Assembly: GCA_964291215.2 (NCBI GenBank)
Contig: OZ219790.1
Coordinates: 480,001 to 544,000 of the forward strand
DNA length: 64,000 nucleotides
Source: Alphaproteobacteria bacterium
GTDB taxonomy: Bacteria; Pseudomonadota; Alphaproteobacteria; MPNO01; UBA830
Direction of reading: 5' to 3'
The notes under the pieces were generated by a model. It saw only the letters and a program-made list of their open reading frames with translations. It was not told where the DNA came from and did not search any database. This document shows, one piece after another, positions 63,823-64,000 of the stretch; the stretch's first letter is position 1, and each line of letters starts with the position of its first letter. Made by a program: the position numbers and the translations under genes.

Positions 63823-64000
63823 CTAAAAAAAGAGATCAAGCCGTGGCTGAACTGGTGCATTCCACCGCACCGGAGCGCACAGTTCGTGGCGGCGGACGTG
63901 CTTGACATTTATCAGCGGGACTTTGCCAGGGACGAGGTGCGGTGTGCGAGACCAGCCGGCAGCAGACGAAGGAAACCCGCATCCCCCGTCCCCCGGTCAG
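63823..64000 (+). mobile_element. IS630-family fragment, runs off the window
   Basis: Close match to the reverse complement of about 31595-31766. Confidence 0.85.

Noticed and set aside
1-64000. CRISPR array, rRNA or tRNA genes
   Set aside because: No regularly spaced repeats or recognisable rRNA/tRNA sequence was seen by eye; the recurring 20-30 bp motifs are IS ends.

Overview
GC-rich, probably alphaproteobacterial chromosome segment (rpiB-glyA-nrdR-ribD-ribE-ribB-ribH-nusB-thiL gene order). Intact host blocks sit at 12.6-27.2 kb (riboflavin/thiamine/glyA, a KamA-LeuD-LeuC-like cluster, ABC transporter), 42.6-55.8 kb (Rieske oxygenase, glnS, pyrE, carbamoylase-PyrD/PyrK, a putative phloroglucinol-type catabolic operon) and 59.7-62.6 kb (TRAP transporter). 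They alternate with mobile-element graveyards at 1-12.5, 27.2-42.5, 55.8-59.3 and 62.6-64 kb. Ends and target duplications show that 27211-42518 is one nested insertion: an IS1634 holds an IS66 composite carrying an IetAS-like AAA ATPase/S8 protease, and its left arm holds an IS630, which holds a second IS66, which holds a group II intron. Two signals stand out. (i) Nearly every IS and the intron is scarred by dense short deletions, some clearly microhomology-bounded, while neighbouring host genes and an IS110 are intact; this could be real biology or an assembly artefact. (ii) Unrelated IS carry putative DNA-modifying cargo: DUF4338/DruA-like genes in IS66 and IS4 elements and a Dam-like methylase in another IS66. 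All family assignments come from motif recognition; no searches were run.
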